A stretch of DNA of 64,000 bases from an uncultured Planctomycetota bacterium (GTDB lineage: Bacteria > Planctomycetota > Planctomycetia > Isosphaerales > Isosphaeraceae). This document shows positions 45,501 through 54,647 of this stretch, piece after piece. Below the pieces are notes generated by a model. It saw only the letters and a list, made by a program, of their open reading frames with translations, was not told the origin of the DNA and made no database searches. How positions within the stretch are numbered: position 1 is the stretch's first letter; the number at the start of each line of letters is the position of its first letter. The stretch is taken from assembly GCA_963737655.1 (NCBI GenBank), contig CAVTTN010000002.1, forward strand, positions 1,280,001 through 1,344,000, written 5' to 3'. A program made the position numbers and the translations under genes.

Positions 45501-46854
45501 CTACACCGGCATCCCCGTGATCCTCACCAACCCGAGCTCCACGACCCTCACCAACCTCTCCAAGGTCAGCGTCGACATCGACTACGACGGCGCCCTGCTC
45601 GACGTCACCGCCGGCTCCGCCGGCAACGCAGGCGGGGCCTTCGTCTTCAGCCCCCAGGGCTCGGCCGCCCTCGCCGGCAAGTCCTACGTCTCCTTCACCA
45701 TCACCTTCCAGCCCGGCGGATACCTGAACGTCCCGGCCGGGGGCTCGGTCGTCCTGGCCTACCTGACGGCCAACGTCCCCAGCACGGCCGTCTACGGCAC
45801 CAAGGAGTGGATCCAGCCCAACCGGATCGTGGTCAGCCAGGCCAACTCCCCCACCGGCACCACGATCACCGCGATCCCGGCCATCGATAGCGACTCGCTC
45901 CACCTGGCCGCCTACCCCGGCGACATCAACGGCGACGGCCAGGTCGACGTCTTCGACGTCCTCGCCGAGAACGACCTCGCCAACGGCGACGGAGCCACCG
46001 CCTACAACAACGCCGACCCCAACCTCGTCGCCGACGTCACCGGTGACTCAGCCGTCGACATCTTCGACGTCCTGGCCATCAACGACTTCGCCAACGGCAA
46101 CCCCTCCGACACCATCCCCCCCATCAACGACTCCCCCAACTTCAACGCCAGCGGAACCCCCCAGGACCCCATCCTCTGGGTCCCCGCCAACCTCGCCGCC
46201 GCGCCCGGCGGCTCGCTGAGCGTCCCCGTCGACTTCGCCCAGACCGACAGGGCCGCCTTCAGCCTGTCGAGCTTCTCGCTGGTCGTCGGCTACGACCCGG
46301 CCGCCTTCGCCGTCAACTCCGTGACCGCCGGCTCGCTCGACCGCGGCTTCGCCCTGAGCTACCGCGTCGACGCCGCCGACGGACTGATCTTCATCTCGGG
46401 CGCCTCGCTCTCGGGCCAGACGCTCACCCCCGGCACCCTCGGCAGCCTCGCCGAAATCAACCTGACCGCCCGGCCGGGCGCCCCGGCCGGAGGCTCGGCG
46501 ATCAACCTGATGGCCTCGGCCTGGGCCGGCAACCAGACGCTCGTCACCTCGCTCAACGGCGGCGGCCTGCTGCTGGACCCGGCGCCGACCAACGGCGTGG
46601 ACGCCGTCGACGGCGTGGTGACCATCGGCTCGGCCTCCCCGTCGTCGCCGTCGTCGTCGCCGCTGCAGGCGACTCTGGCGGCGATCGACTCGGCGCTGGC
46701 GGCCTCCGGCGGGTCGATCGCCGGGGGCTCGGCCCTGGCCGACTCGCTCCTGGCCCAGATCGCGGCCGACCTGTCGCAGGTCGCCGCGCCCTTCGAGGTC
46801 GGCTCGTCTCTGATCGCCGCGACCCCCGGCACGACCAGGAAGGCGAAGGCCTGA
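42541..46854 (+). CDS. Large surface protein: LEPR-xLL motif, Calx-beta domains, cohesin-like / dockerin-like / cohesin-like C-terminus
   Basis: CEGLEDRRLMS, GTAQAGTNY and GAKAGTDY Calx-beta motifs, VDIDYDGALLDV, GDINGDGQVDVFD..ADVTGDSAVDIFD and SFSLVVGYDPAAF. Confidence 0.8.
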   Translation: MPRFERSPKIRGMRTPTARRNRPSLACEGLEDRRLMSVGGISNVKLNEVVLNAPSGTGSPNNRYVEIIGTGNESLDDGTNRLELVVFQGYNGASAPTGKAAYVYDLKGSKLGSNGLLVVDNPTNTLVSNFSPKVDAATTFIDDTNFSTANGVNYTSSTPTVALVSVPDSTSLTVGSSYAGESSLTLNLLPAGATILDSLSFVYNSTPDVAISATDPRPTDINYGPYLNLNGGTPSAATPSMATRFLGNLSSTSRTDDSTDPTFPFYYGKYVNNTTDPFVAYDSTVPANGIGQNSKNLPSTGGVLTPGGINGPVFTYSPTSYTTQEVAGSTAVQQITVTETNTSSANSVQYSTIDSGPNAGTAQAGTNYTHIAPTTLSFSGGIGSHAPVSKTFPLTILDDGVVASGLTVKLNLSSPSGGGYVDSTTIPATDTIIDGDGPTYFLSSTVYTGLSTAGTIPVTITRTGLTSVSGTVHIATTNGTGTGGAKAGTDYTAVSTDVSFPAGATSETVNVPVAATSVNAPSKTFTVTLSNPTGNDGLNPSASLNAPITASVTILNTTAPQLLLQQVDANPPSVDDAYEYIQISGPANATLYHTGVLVTDTSGTVSQFFDLSAKTLGSNGLLIIKSADTTSWQPAAGTTVLTTTFFNSTGTQLSHGSLTFLTISDPQPGVVANGSKLDSGNSGTLNLGAGGTVLDSFGWTSSSSDRIYSSVNLSLPGSSFAPNAAERLAGNTTPNSAAAWISGNLDDLDGHSSIAFDPYYGSGSTPQSIQGGVNNPSPIPLGAVLSPGYPTPSSTVAFGGNKTAPAETSLLAVQSITPTRDGFILQFNGDFDPTNVALYNTGTPSVTLTGASTGPITGNLVITNPNPAYNNVSGGQVTTVNNKDVVIFVATAADLPYGVLPADTYTVTVDGSDAGAFLKYGSPNGGSKLDGDRNGSAGGNYVTTFSVPTTVQAYPPQIANPAATGAGAIVGIPDFVAGNGQDINVPGYTGIPVILTNPSSTTLTNLSKVSVDIDYDGALLDVTAGSAGNAGGAFVFSPQGSAALAGKSYVSFTITFQPGGYLNVPAGGSVVLAYLTANVPSTAVYGTKEWIQPNRIVVSQANSPTGTTITAIPAIDSDSLHLAAYPGDINGDGQVDVFDVLAENDLANGDGATAYNNADPNLVADVTGDSAVDIFDVLAINDFANGNPSDTIPPINDSPNFNASGTPQDPILWVPANLAAAPGGSLSVPVDFAQTDRAAFSLSSFSLVVGYDPAAFAVNSVTAGSLDRGFALSYRVDAADGLIFISGASLSGQTLTPGTLGSLAEINLTARPGAPAGGSAINLMASAWAGNQTLVTSLNGGGLLLDPAPTNGVDAVDGVVTIGSASPSSPSSSPLQATLAAIDSALAASGGSIAGGSALADSLLAQIAADLSQVAAPFEVGSSLIAATPGTTRKAKA
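45915..46755 (+). repeat. Near-identical ~840-bp repeat, copy A (dockerin-cohesin coding)
   Basis: Matches 51331-52167 with long identical stretches. Confidence 0.9.
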
Positions 46855-46920
46855 TCCCCCGAAACGTCGCGATTCCCGGGGCCGTCGGGACGGCCCCGGC
46901 ATATTCATAAGAACTTCGAA

Positions 46921-46943
46921 TATAATAGTGCGCATTTGCGCAC
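46921..46943 (+). promoter_or_regulatory. Putative -10 box followed by a palindromic operator
   Basis: TATAAT at 46921-46926 then GTGCGCA-TT-TGCGCAC at 46928-46943, in an AT-rich gap 150 bp upstream of a gene. Confidence 0.4.
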
Positions 46944-47092
46944 GCATAATTCATCGTATCCTGTTCTTGCCTTGATTGGACGATGCGATGACGCGTATGA
47001 TCGTCGCGAATCCGGCCGGTCGGCTGTCGTCGCCCGGGAATTCCGGCGGATTGGTTTCCTGCCCCCGTGACCCATTGAGGAGCTTTCTCTCG

Positions 47093-47797
47093 ATGAAGAT
47101 GCTCTCCCGAATCGTCGCTGCCGTCGTCGCCGCGCTGGCCCTGGCCTCGGGCGCACAAGCCGACTACCTTGAGCTGTTGCCCCCGACTTCGACGGTCGCC
47201 GCCGGCGGCACGGAAACCTTGACCCTCGACCTGGTCGTCACCTCGCCGACGATCAAGCTCGCCGGGTACCAGGCCATCATCGCCTTCGACAAGAACGTGG
47301 TCACGATGTCCAACGTGATCCTCGGGTCGGACCTCACGGCCGCCAACGCCGCCGGCCAGTCGTTCACGGCGCCGAACCCGTCCTCGAACTACCTGAACAA
47401 CGGCGTCCTCTACATCCTCTCCACCAACCTGAACACCGCCGGGTTCACGATGACCAACGGCGGCGGGAGCCACGTCTACGAGCTGGCCAAGTTCACGGTG
47501 ACCGTGGGCTCGACGTTCCCGACCGGTTCCTCGACGCTGCTGGACCTTGCCGCCACGGCGAAGGTGGGCGCCACGAACCTGACCACGAAGGTGGCCGTCC
47601 GGCCCGCGGGCGGCGGCACGGCGACGACCCTGTCGCTCAGCCCGGCCCCGCTCAACGGGATGGACGCCCGGGACGCGATCATCAACGCCCCGAACTCCGT
47701 GCCCGAGCCGGCCTCGATGGCGCTGCTGGCCATCGGAGGCGCCGGCGCCCTGATCGCCCGCCGTCGCCGCAACAAGAAGGCCGAGGCCGTCGCCTGA
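47093..47797 (+). CDS. PEP-CTERM protein with a cohesin-like domain
   Basis: Signal ending AQA, LAGYQAIIAFDKNVV..ELAKFTVTV cohesin-like pattern, and VPEPASMALLAIGGAGALIARRRR. GAGGAG upstream. Confidence 0.8.
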   Translation: MKMLSRIVAAVVAALALASGAQADYLELLPPTSTVAAGGTETLTLDLVVTSPTIKLAGYQAIIAFDKNVVTMSNVILGSDLTAANAAGQSFTAPNPSSNYLNNGVLYILSTNLNTAGFTMTNGGGSHVYELAKFTVTVGSTFPTGSSTLLDLAATAKVGATNLTTKVAVRPAGGGTATTLSLSPAPLNGMDARDAIINAPNSVPEPASMALLAIGGAGALIARRRRNKKAEAVA

Positions 47798-48070
47798 GGA
47801 TCGGCCCGCGATGAGGATTCCACCCGGGGGGCGCGCGGGCCGAAGCCGACCGCGCGCCCCTCGCTGAGTTTGGTCCGTCGGCGCGCCCGAGTCCGAGGGA
47901 TGAGGCCGCGCCTTCCCCCCGCCCGCCTGGCCCCGCGTCTCGAATTCGTCGCCTCGCGATGCCCGGCCGGGCCCGCCTCGGCCCGAGGGACCGGGCCATC
48001 ACGTCGCCCCGATCTCGGGGCGACTCCAGGGATGGTGCCCCCCTTCCGAATCCTCACCAGGGAGCCTGCG

Positions 48071-51000
48071 ATGACGTTCTCCGCCCCGATCCGCCGGGCC
48101 CGATCGGCCCGGCCCCGCCGCCTCCTCGCCGCCGAGGCCCTGGAGGCCCGCCAGCTCCTCTCCGTCGCCGACTTCCGGATCAACGAGATCGCCCTGAACA
48201 CGCCCACGAGCAAGGGCAAGTACGTCGAGATCTCCGGCGGGGCCAGCGAATCGCTCAGCAACGCCACGTACAAGTACGAGCTCGCCGTCTTCGCCGGGGC
48301 GGCCTCGAGCAACGCCTCCAACGGCACGGCGACCATCGGCCAGGCGACCTACGTCCTGGACCTCAGCACCACCAGCAACGGCGGGACCGGCAAGCTCGGC
48401 TCCAACGGCCTCCTGCTGGTCACCCAGAGCGGCCCGCCCAGCACGTTCCCGATCGATGCGAGCACGCCGAACATCAAGGACCCGCTCTTCACCACCGGCA
48501 GCGGCGGGATCACCACCGCCAACTCGCCCACGTTCGAGCTACTCCAGGTCCCGCTCAACGGCGGGTTGACGGTCAACCAGAACTACGCCAGCGGGACCAG
48601 CCTGAGCCTGCCGGCCGGGACGACCGTCCTGGACACCCTCTCGTTCATCAACGGGACGCCCGACGGCAAGACCCAGGTGAACTTCGGCGCCTGGCTGAAC
48701 CTGGACAACCAGGCCGCCAACCTGGGCCTGACCTCGCTCCAGGCCCAGCTCGCCTCGCGGACCCCGGGCAACTCGGCGTTGACCCACCAGAGCGACGACT
48801 CGACCGACTCGCAGTTCCCGTTCTACTACGGCGACGCCCCCTCCGGGGCCTCGACCTCCGACGTGTACGTCCCCTATGACCCGACGAAGTCGCAGAACCT
48901 GCCGACCACCGGCGGTGCCCTGACCCCGGGCGGGGTCAACGGCGCCATCTTCGTCTACTCGCCGGCCTCGTACACGACCCAGGAAGTCTTCGGCCAGACC
49001 GTCCAGCAGCCGATCACCGTGACCGAGACGAACACCTCGACGGCCTACACGGTCAACTACAACACGATCGACTCGGGCAAGGGCGCCGGGACGGCCGTCG
49101 CCGGGACGAACTACACGAGCATCCCCAGCACCGGGCTGACCTTCCCCGCCGGCTCCCACGGCGCGACCAGCGGCACCCCGGCCACGAAGACGTTCAACCT
49201 GGCGGTCCTCGACGACGGCAAGGTGGACCCCTCGCTGACGGTCAAGCTCGCGCTGACGGCCCCGGCCTCCTCCTTCATCGACACGACCGGCACGACGGCC
49301 ACCGTCACGATCCTCGACGGCGACGCCCCGAGCTTCACCTTCGCCCAGGCCGACTTCGACGCCACCGGCACCGGCGGCTCGGACGTGATCACGATCAAGA
49401 GGGGCGGGATCACCACCACCGCCGCCTCGGTGACCGTCTCCACCAGCGACGGGACGACCTACGACACCAAGCGCACCAGCAACGCCCTGGCCGGCCGCGA
49501 CTACACGGCGACCAGCACCGTCGTGAATTTCGCCGCCGGGCAGACCACCGCCACCGTCCCGGTCACCGTCTTCAACAACCCGGTCAATGACCGCAACCGC
49601 CGGTTCAACCTCGCGCTGAGCAACCCGACCAACGGCGCGGTCCTGGGCACCCTGAACACGGCCACCGGGACGGTCCTGAACACGGTCGTCCCCCCGGTGA
49701 TCGTGGTGGACGCCTTCGACGACAACCCGCCCTCGACCGACAACTATTATCAGTACATCCAGGTCGCCGGGACGCCCAATGCCACGCTCTACCACGTCTC
49801 GGTGGCGATCATCGACGGCCGCAACACGGCCGCGAACGCCCCCGGCAACGTCCTCTATTACAAGGACCTCAGCGGCTACACCCTCGGCTCCAACGGCCTC
49901 CTGATCCTCAAGTCGATCCTGCCCTCGTGGCAGACGGCCCCGGCGACCACGGTGGTGACCGACTCGATTTTCGACACGGCCGGCCTCCCGCACTCGTCGT
50001 CGTCCTACGTGGTGATCTCCGACCCCCAGCCCGGCGCGGTCTCCAACGGGGCGAGCCTCGACCCGACGATGTCCGGGACGCTGAACCTCGGCCTCGGCGG
50101 CCAGTTCCTCGACGGCGCCGGCTACACCAACGGCACGCCCAGCTACTTCGTCTACGGGACCGACATCTCCGTCGCCGGCCAGGCGGCCGTCGGCGGCTCG
50201 CCGAACTCGGCCACCCGGATCAACGGCGACGAGACCCCGTTCTCGGCCACGAACTGGGTCTCGGGCACGCTCGATAACCTCGACAACCACGCCTCGATCG
50301 CCTTCAACCCCGACCCGAGCGTCTCGGCCCTGGGCGGGATCTCGGGCAACCACCCGATCCCCTCCGGAGTGGTCCTGACCCCCGGCTACCCGACCGTCTC
50401 GGCCACGACCTCCTACAGCGGCAACGTGATCCACCCCCGGGAGTCGCTGCTGACCGTCCAGTCGATCACGCCGATCCCCACCGGCTTCATCGCCCAGTTC
50501 AACGGCGACTTCGACCCCACCAACGTCGCCCTCTACAACACCGCCACCCCGAGCGTGACCCTGACCGACTCCCTCGGCGACGTCTACGCCGGGTCTCTGG
50601 TCATCACCAACGCCAACCCGAGCCAGTCGGCGGCCAGCGGGACCACGATCCTGGCGAAGGACTACGTGACCTTCAAGGTCACCTCGGCCGACCTGCCCGA
50701 CGGCATCCTGCCGGCCGGCACCTACACCCTGACCATCGACGGCAGCGACGCCAACGCCTTCCTGAGCACCACCGGGCAGGAGCTCGACGGCGACTTCAAC
50801 GGCACCCCCGGCGGCGACTTCGTCACCTCGTTCGTCGAGCCCACCCTCACCCTGTTCAACCCCACGTCCTCGGCGCCCGGCGTGGTCGTGTCCATCCCCG
50901 ACTTCGTCGCCGGCAACGGCCAGAACGTCAACGTCCCGGGCAACACCACCACCGGCATCCCCATCGTCCTGACCAACACCGGGAACTCGCCGATCACCGG

Positions 51001-52278
51001 GATCTCCAACGTCACCTTCTATGTCGATTTCGACGGCGCCCTGCTGAACGTCACCAACGGGACGCTCGCTCCGGGCATCACCGGCACCTTCACCTACGTC
51101 CCGCCCTCCAGCGCCAACGGCGGCTACCTCGACTTGCAGATGACCTTGACCGGCGGCTCGCTGACGATCCCGGCCAACGGCTCGGTGGTCTTCGGCTACC
51201 TCACGGCGGACGTCCCGGGAGGCGCGATCTACGGGACCAAGGAAGTCATCCAGATCAACCGGATCGTCATCGGCACCAGCACGACGACCCTCCCCTCGAC
51301 CGATAGCGACGCCCTCCACCTCGTGGCCTTCCCCGGCGACATCAACGGCGACGGCCAGGTCGATGTCTTCGACGTCCTCGCCGAGAACGACCTCGCCAAC
51401 GGCGACGGAGCCACCGCCTACAACAACGCCGACCCCAACCTCGTCGCCGACGTCACCGCTGACTCCACCGTCGACATCTTCGACGTCCTGGCCATCAACG
51501 ACTTCGCCAACGGCAACCCCTCCGACACCATCCCCCCCATCAACGACTCCCCCAACTTCAACGCCAGCGGAACCCCCCAGGACCCCATCCTCTGGGTCCC
51601 CGCCAACCTCAACGTCCACCCCGGCGGCTCGCTGGGCGTCCCCGTCGACTTCGCCCAGACCGACAGGGCCGCCTTCGCCCTCTCCAGCTTCTCGCTGGTC
51701 GTCGGCTACGACCCGGCCGCCTTCGCCGTCAACTCCGTGACCGCCGGCTCGCTCGACCGCGGCTTCGCCCTGAGCTACCGCGTCGACGCCGCCGACGGAC
51801 TGATCTTCATCTCGGGCGCCTCGCTCCCCGGAGTCGCCCTGACCCCCGGGACCCTCGGCAGCCTCGCCGAAATCAACCTGACCGCCCGGCCGGGCGCCGC
51901 CCCGGGAGGCTCGGCGATCAACCTGATGGCCTCGGCCTGGGCCGGCAACCAGACGCTCGTCACCTCGCTCAACGGCGGCAACCTGCTGCTGAACCCGGCG
52001 CCGACCAACGGCGTCGACCCGGTCGACGGCGTGGTCACGATCGGCTCGGCCGCATCGACGACGGCGTCGTCGCCGCTTCAGGCCGCGCTGGCGGCGATCG
52101 ACTCGGCGCTGGCGACCTCCGGCGGGTCGATCGCCGGGGCTCGGCCCTGGCCGACTCGCTCCTGGCCGAGGTGTCGGCCGACGTCGCCCTGCTGGCCCCT
52201 CCGATCGGCTCGGGAGACGTGACGATCCCGTCGCCGGCCGCCTCGTCGAAGCCCCGGGCCAGGGTCGTTTCGGCCTGA
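48071..52278 (+). CDS. Paralog of 42541..46854, with an apparent 1-nt deletion at ~52139
   Basis: AEALEARQLLS and the same domain order. It has G4 where the paralog has G5 (ccgggggctcggcc). Restoring the G gives GSALADSLLA and a stop at 52278. Confidence 0.8.
51331..52167 (+). repeat. Near-identical ~840-bp repeat, copy B
   Basis: Matches 45915-46755. Confidence 0.9.
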
Positions 52279-52310
52279 TCCCTGGCCTGGCGAATCCGTG
52301 AAACCTCGGC

Positions 52311-52344
52311 GTGGGAAACGGCGTTCCAGGACGCCGTTTCCCAC
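52311..52344. terminator. 14-bp perfect hairpin between convergent genes (terminator or repeat)
   Basis: gtgggaaacggcgt-tccagg-acgccgtttcccac. Confidence 0.5.
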
Positions 52345-52361
52345 CCCATTTCCCCCGGCTC

Positions 52362-54344
52362 TCAGAACGCGATGTTGGCGTTCAGGAACCCGGCGACCAG
52401 GGCCGGGACGCGGTCGGAGAAGTTGTTGTAGAGGTCCCGGAAGCCCTGGCCGGGGATCAGGGTCGAGACGCCGATGATGAACGAGACGTTGTCGCTGACC
52501 AGGGGCTTGTACTCGAAGCCGGTGGAGAGGTCCGCCCCGATGAAGCGGTTGATGTGGCCGTCGAACAGGAAGTGCTCGAGGACGTTGGTGGCGTCGAAGT
52601 AGAGCAGGTTGAAGTTGTTGAACATCTTGAGCTTGGGCGTGAGGTCCAGGTCGAACCCGAGGGTCGGCAGCAACAACCCCGGGTTGACGAAGTTCGCCTG
52701 GCCCTGGATCTTGCTGGAGCGGAGGTCCGGCACGAGGCTGAGCCTCTGCACCAGGTTCGCGCCGAACAGGGGGATCTGCTGGCGGTTCCAGAAGCTGAAC
52801 GGGCCTCCGGCGAAGTTCGGGGCGTCGAGGATCGAATCGAAGCCGGTGGCATGCGAATTGTTGATGTTATGATCGCCCGATGAGTAGAAGAACGACGCCC
52901 GGAACCGGACCCAGTCGCGATCGTACGAGGCCTCGATCGCGGCCATCTGGGCGTTGATCGTCTGCGCCTGGTTGGCCAGGGGGTTGAGGCTGTCCCGGCC
53001 GAAGGCCCAGTAGAACTGGTGGGTGAGGTTATACCGGCCGATGTGGCCGTCGCCCGCCCAGCCGAAATAGCCGACGTTGACCGAGTGGGGCTGGAACACG
53101 CCCACCGGGTCGGGCCGGACGAGGAAGCGGTTCTTGTCGTACTTGATCGACCTGGGGTCGTTGTTATACGTGAAGCTGATCTGGGCGGTATAGCCGGGGA
53201 AGATGAAGTCCTGGCGATAATAGTTCAGGAATATGAGCGTCTGCTTGCGGTCGTTGAACGTGTTCAACGCCGTGTTGGTGTCCTTCTCCCACTGGCGGAA
53301 GTAGGCGACGTTCCACTGGTCGCGGTTGCCGTTGCGGGTGCCGAAGAAGCGGACGGCCCGGTTGATGTCCGCGAAGAGGAAGCCGCGGAAGTCGGAGATG
53401 AACGGCTGGTTGCCGACCCGGACGGAGGTGAAGTCGTACTCGGTGCTGGTGTCGGCCAGCTTCATCTCGAGGAACGCCTCCTGCAAGGCCCAGAACTCCC
53501 GGGTCCGGGCGGTGCCCTGGAGGACGTTCGGGCTGACGATCCCCCGCTCGCTGAACGAGAAGTTGCTCACGCCCAGGGTCGGCGCGATCTTGATCCGCCA
53601 GTCCACCGGCTTGAACGCGCCGTCGCCGTGGAACAGGTCGAAGGACAGGGAGAAGAAGTCGAGGTTGATGATCGAGCTGTTGCGGCCGAAGAAGTTCTGC
53701 TCATTCGGGCGGGCGGTGCTCTCGAACCCGCCGGAGGCCGGCGTGGGGATCGACCTGGGCTCGATGAACAGGATGGCCGAGCCCGAGACGTCCAGGAACG
53801 TGTGCTGGCCGAGGATCGGGTAATCGCCCTTGAACACGTTCTGGTTGAACGGGTCGATCTTCCGGCCGGGGACGTAGGGGTATTCGTCGAGCAAGGGGTG
53901 GCCCTTGCCGTAGCGGTCCCACTCGGGGAAGCCCAGCCTCCAGCGGTCCTCGATCGGCACGAAGTCGTCGGAGGCCTGCCCCTCGCTCGGCATCACGCCC
54001 GAGGGCCCGGTGTAGCCGATGGGCGGGTCCATTTTCGTGCGGAAGAACGGGCCGGGCATGCGGAAGGCATTGGGCGGAGGCGGGGGCGCGGGGACCGGGG
54101 CTTCGGCGTCCAGGGGGCGGCGGAGGGCCGGGGGCCTCGGCGAGTCGTCCTCGACCGACGGGCCCGGCATCGGCCGAGGAGACGGCGAGGATGCGGGCGG
54201 GGCCGAGGGCGGGACCTCGACGATCGCCGGGGGCAAGGGCGGGGAGTCCTGGCCCCGGGACCGGGACCCGGAGGCGACCAGAAAGGCCGCCGCGGCCATC
54301 GCGGCGACCCGGCCTCGCCGGCTCGGGCTGGTAAACGGCGGCAT
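52362..54344 (-). CDS. Putative outer-membrane beta-barrel protein
   Basis: Signal peptide, Pro-rich linker, aromatic-rich alternating strands (WALQEAFLE, SVRVGNQPF, YNLTHQFYWAFG) and a C-terminal Phe (FLNANIAF). Confidence 0.75.
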   Translation of the reverse strand: MPPFTSPSRRGRVAAMAAAAFLVASGSRSRGQDSPPLPPAIVEVPPSAPPASSPSPRPMPGPSVEDDSPRPPALRRPLDAEAPVPAPPPPPNAFRMPGPFFRTKMDPPIGYTGPSGVMPSEGQASDDFVPIEDRWRLGFPEWDRYGKGHPLLDEYPYVPGRKIDPFNQNVFKGDYPILGQHTFLDVSGSAILFIEPRSIPTPASGGFESTARPNEQNFFGRNSSIINLDFFSLSFDLFHGDGAFKPVDWRIKIAPTLGVSNFSFSERGIVSPNVLQGTARTREFWALQEAFLEMKLADTSTEYDFTSVRVGNQPFISDFRGFLFADINRAVRFFGTRNGNRDQWNVAYFRQWEKDTNTALNTFNDRKQTLIFLNYYRQDFIFPGYTAQISFTYNNDPRSIKYDKNRFLVRPDPVGVFQPHSVNVGYFGWAGDGHIGRYNLTHQFYWAFGRDSLNPLANQAQTINAQMAAIEASYDRDWVRFRASFFYSSGDHNINNSHATGFDSILDAPNFAGGPFSFWNRQQIPLFGANLVQRLSLVPDLRSSKIQGQANFVNPGLLLPTLGFDLDLTPKLKMFNNFNLLYFDATNVLEHFLFDGHINRFIGADLSTGFEYKPLVSDNVSFIIGVSTLIPGQGFRDLYNNFSDRVPALVAGFLNANIAF

Positions 54345-54647
54345 CCGAGGGGCCTCCTGGTCCCTTGAACTGGGGGGATCGGATTCGCGGATCGTCTTCG
54401 CCTCCGCGTCCTTGCCTCTGATCGGAATCCATGTGACCCATCTTCAGGAGTTATGCCGGATTTTCCGGTCCCACCTCCTGACCCTTTCGCGAGGGATGAT
54501 CCGAACCGCACGATCCCGCCGATCTCGCGGCCCCGGCCGGAATTCCGGCGAGATCGTCGCAAGTCGCCGGACCGTCTCGCCGAACACTAGGACGACGACC
54601 TCGGGCCGAGGATGGGCCCGGCCGCCCCCCAAGGAGGGACCCCGATC

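Noticed and set aside
45915..52167. Diversity-generating retroelement template/variable repeat pair
   Set aside because: Both copies are coding, about 840 bp long, the differences are not adenine-specific, and no reverse transcriptase is in the window.
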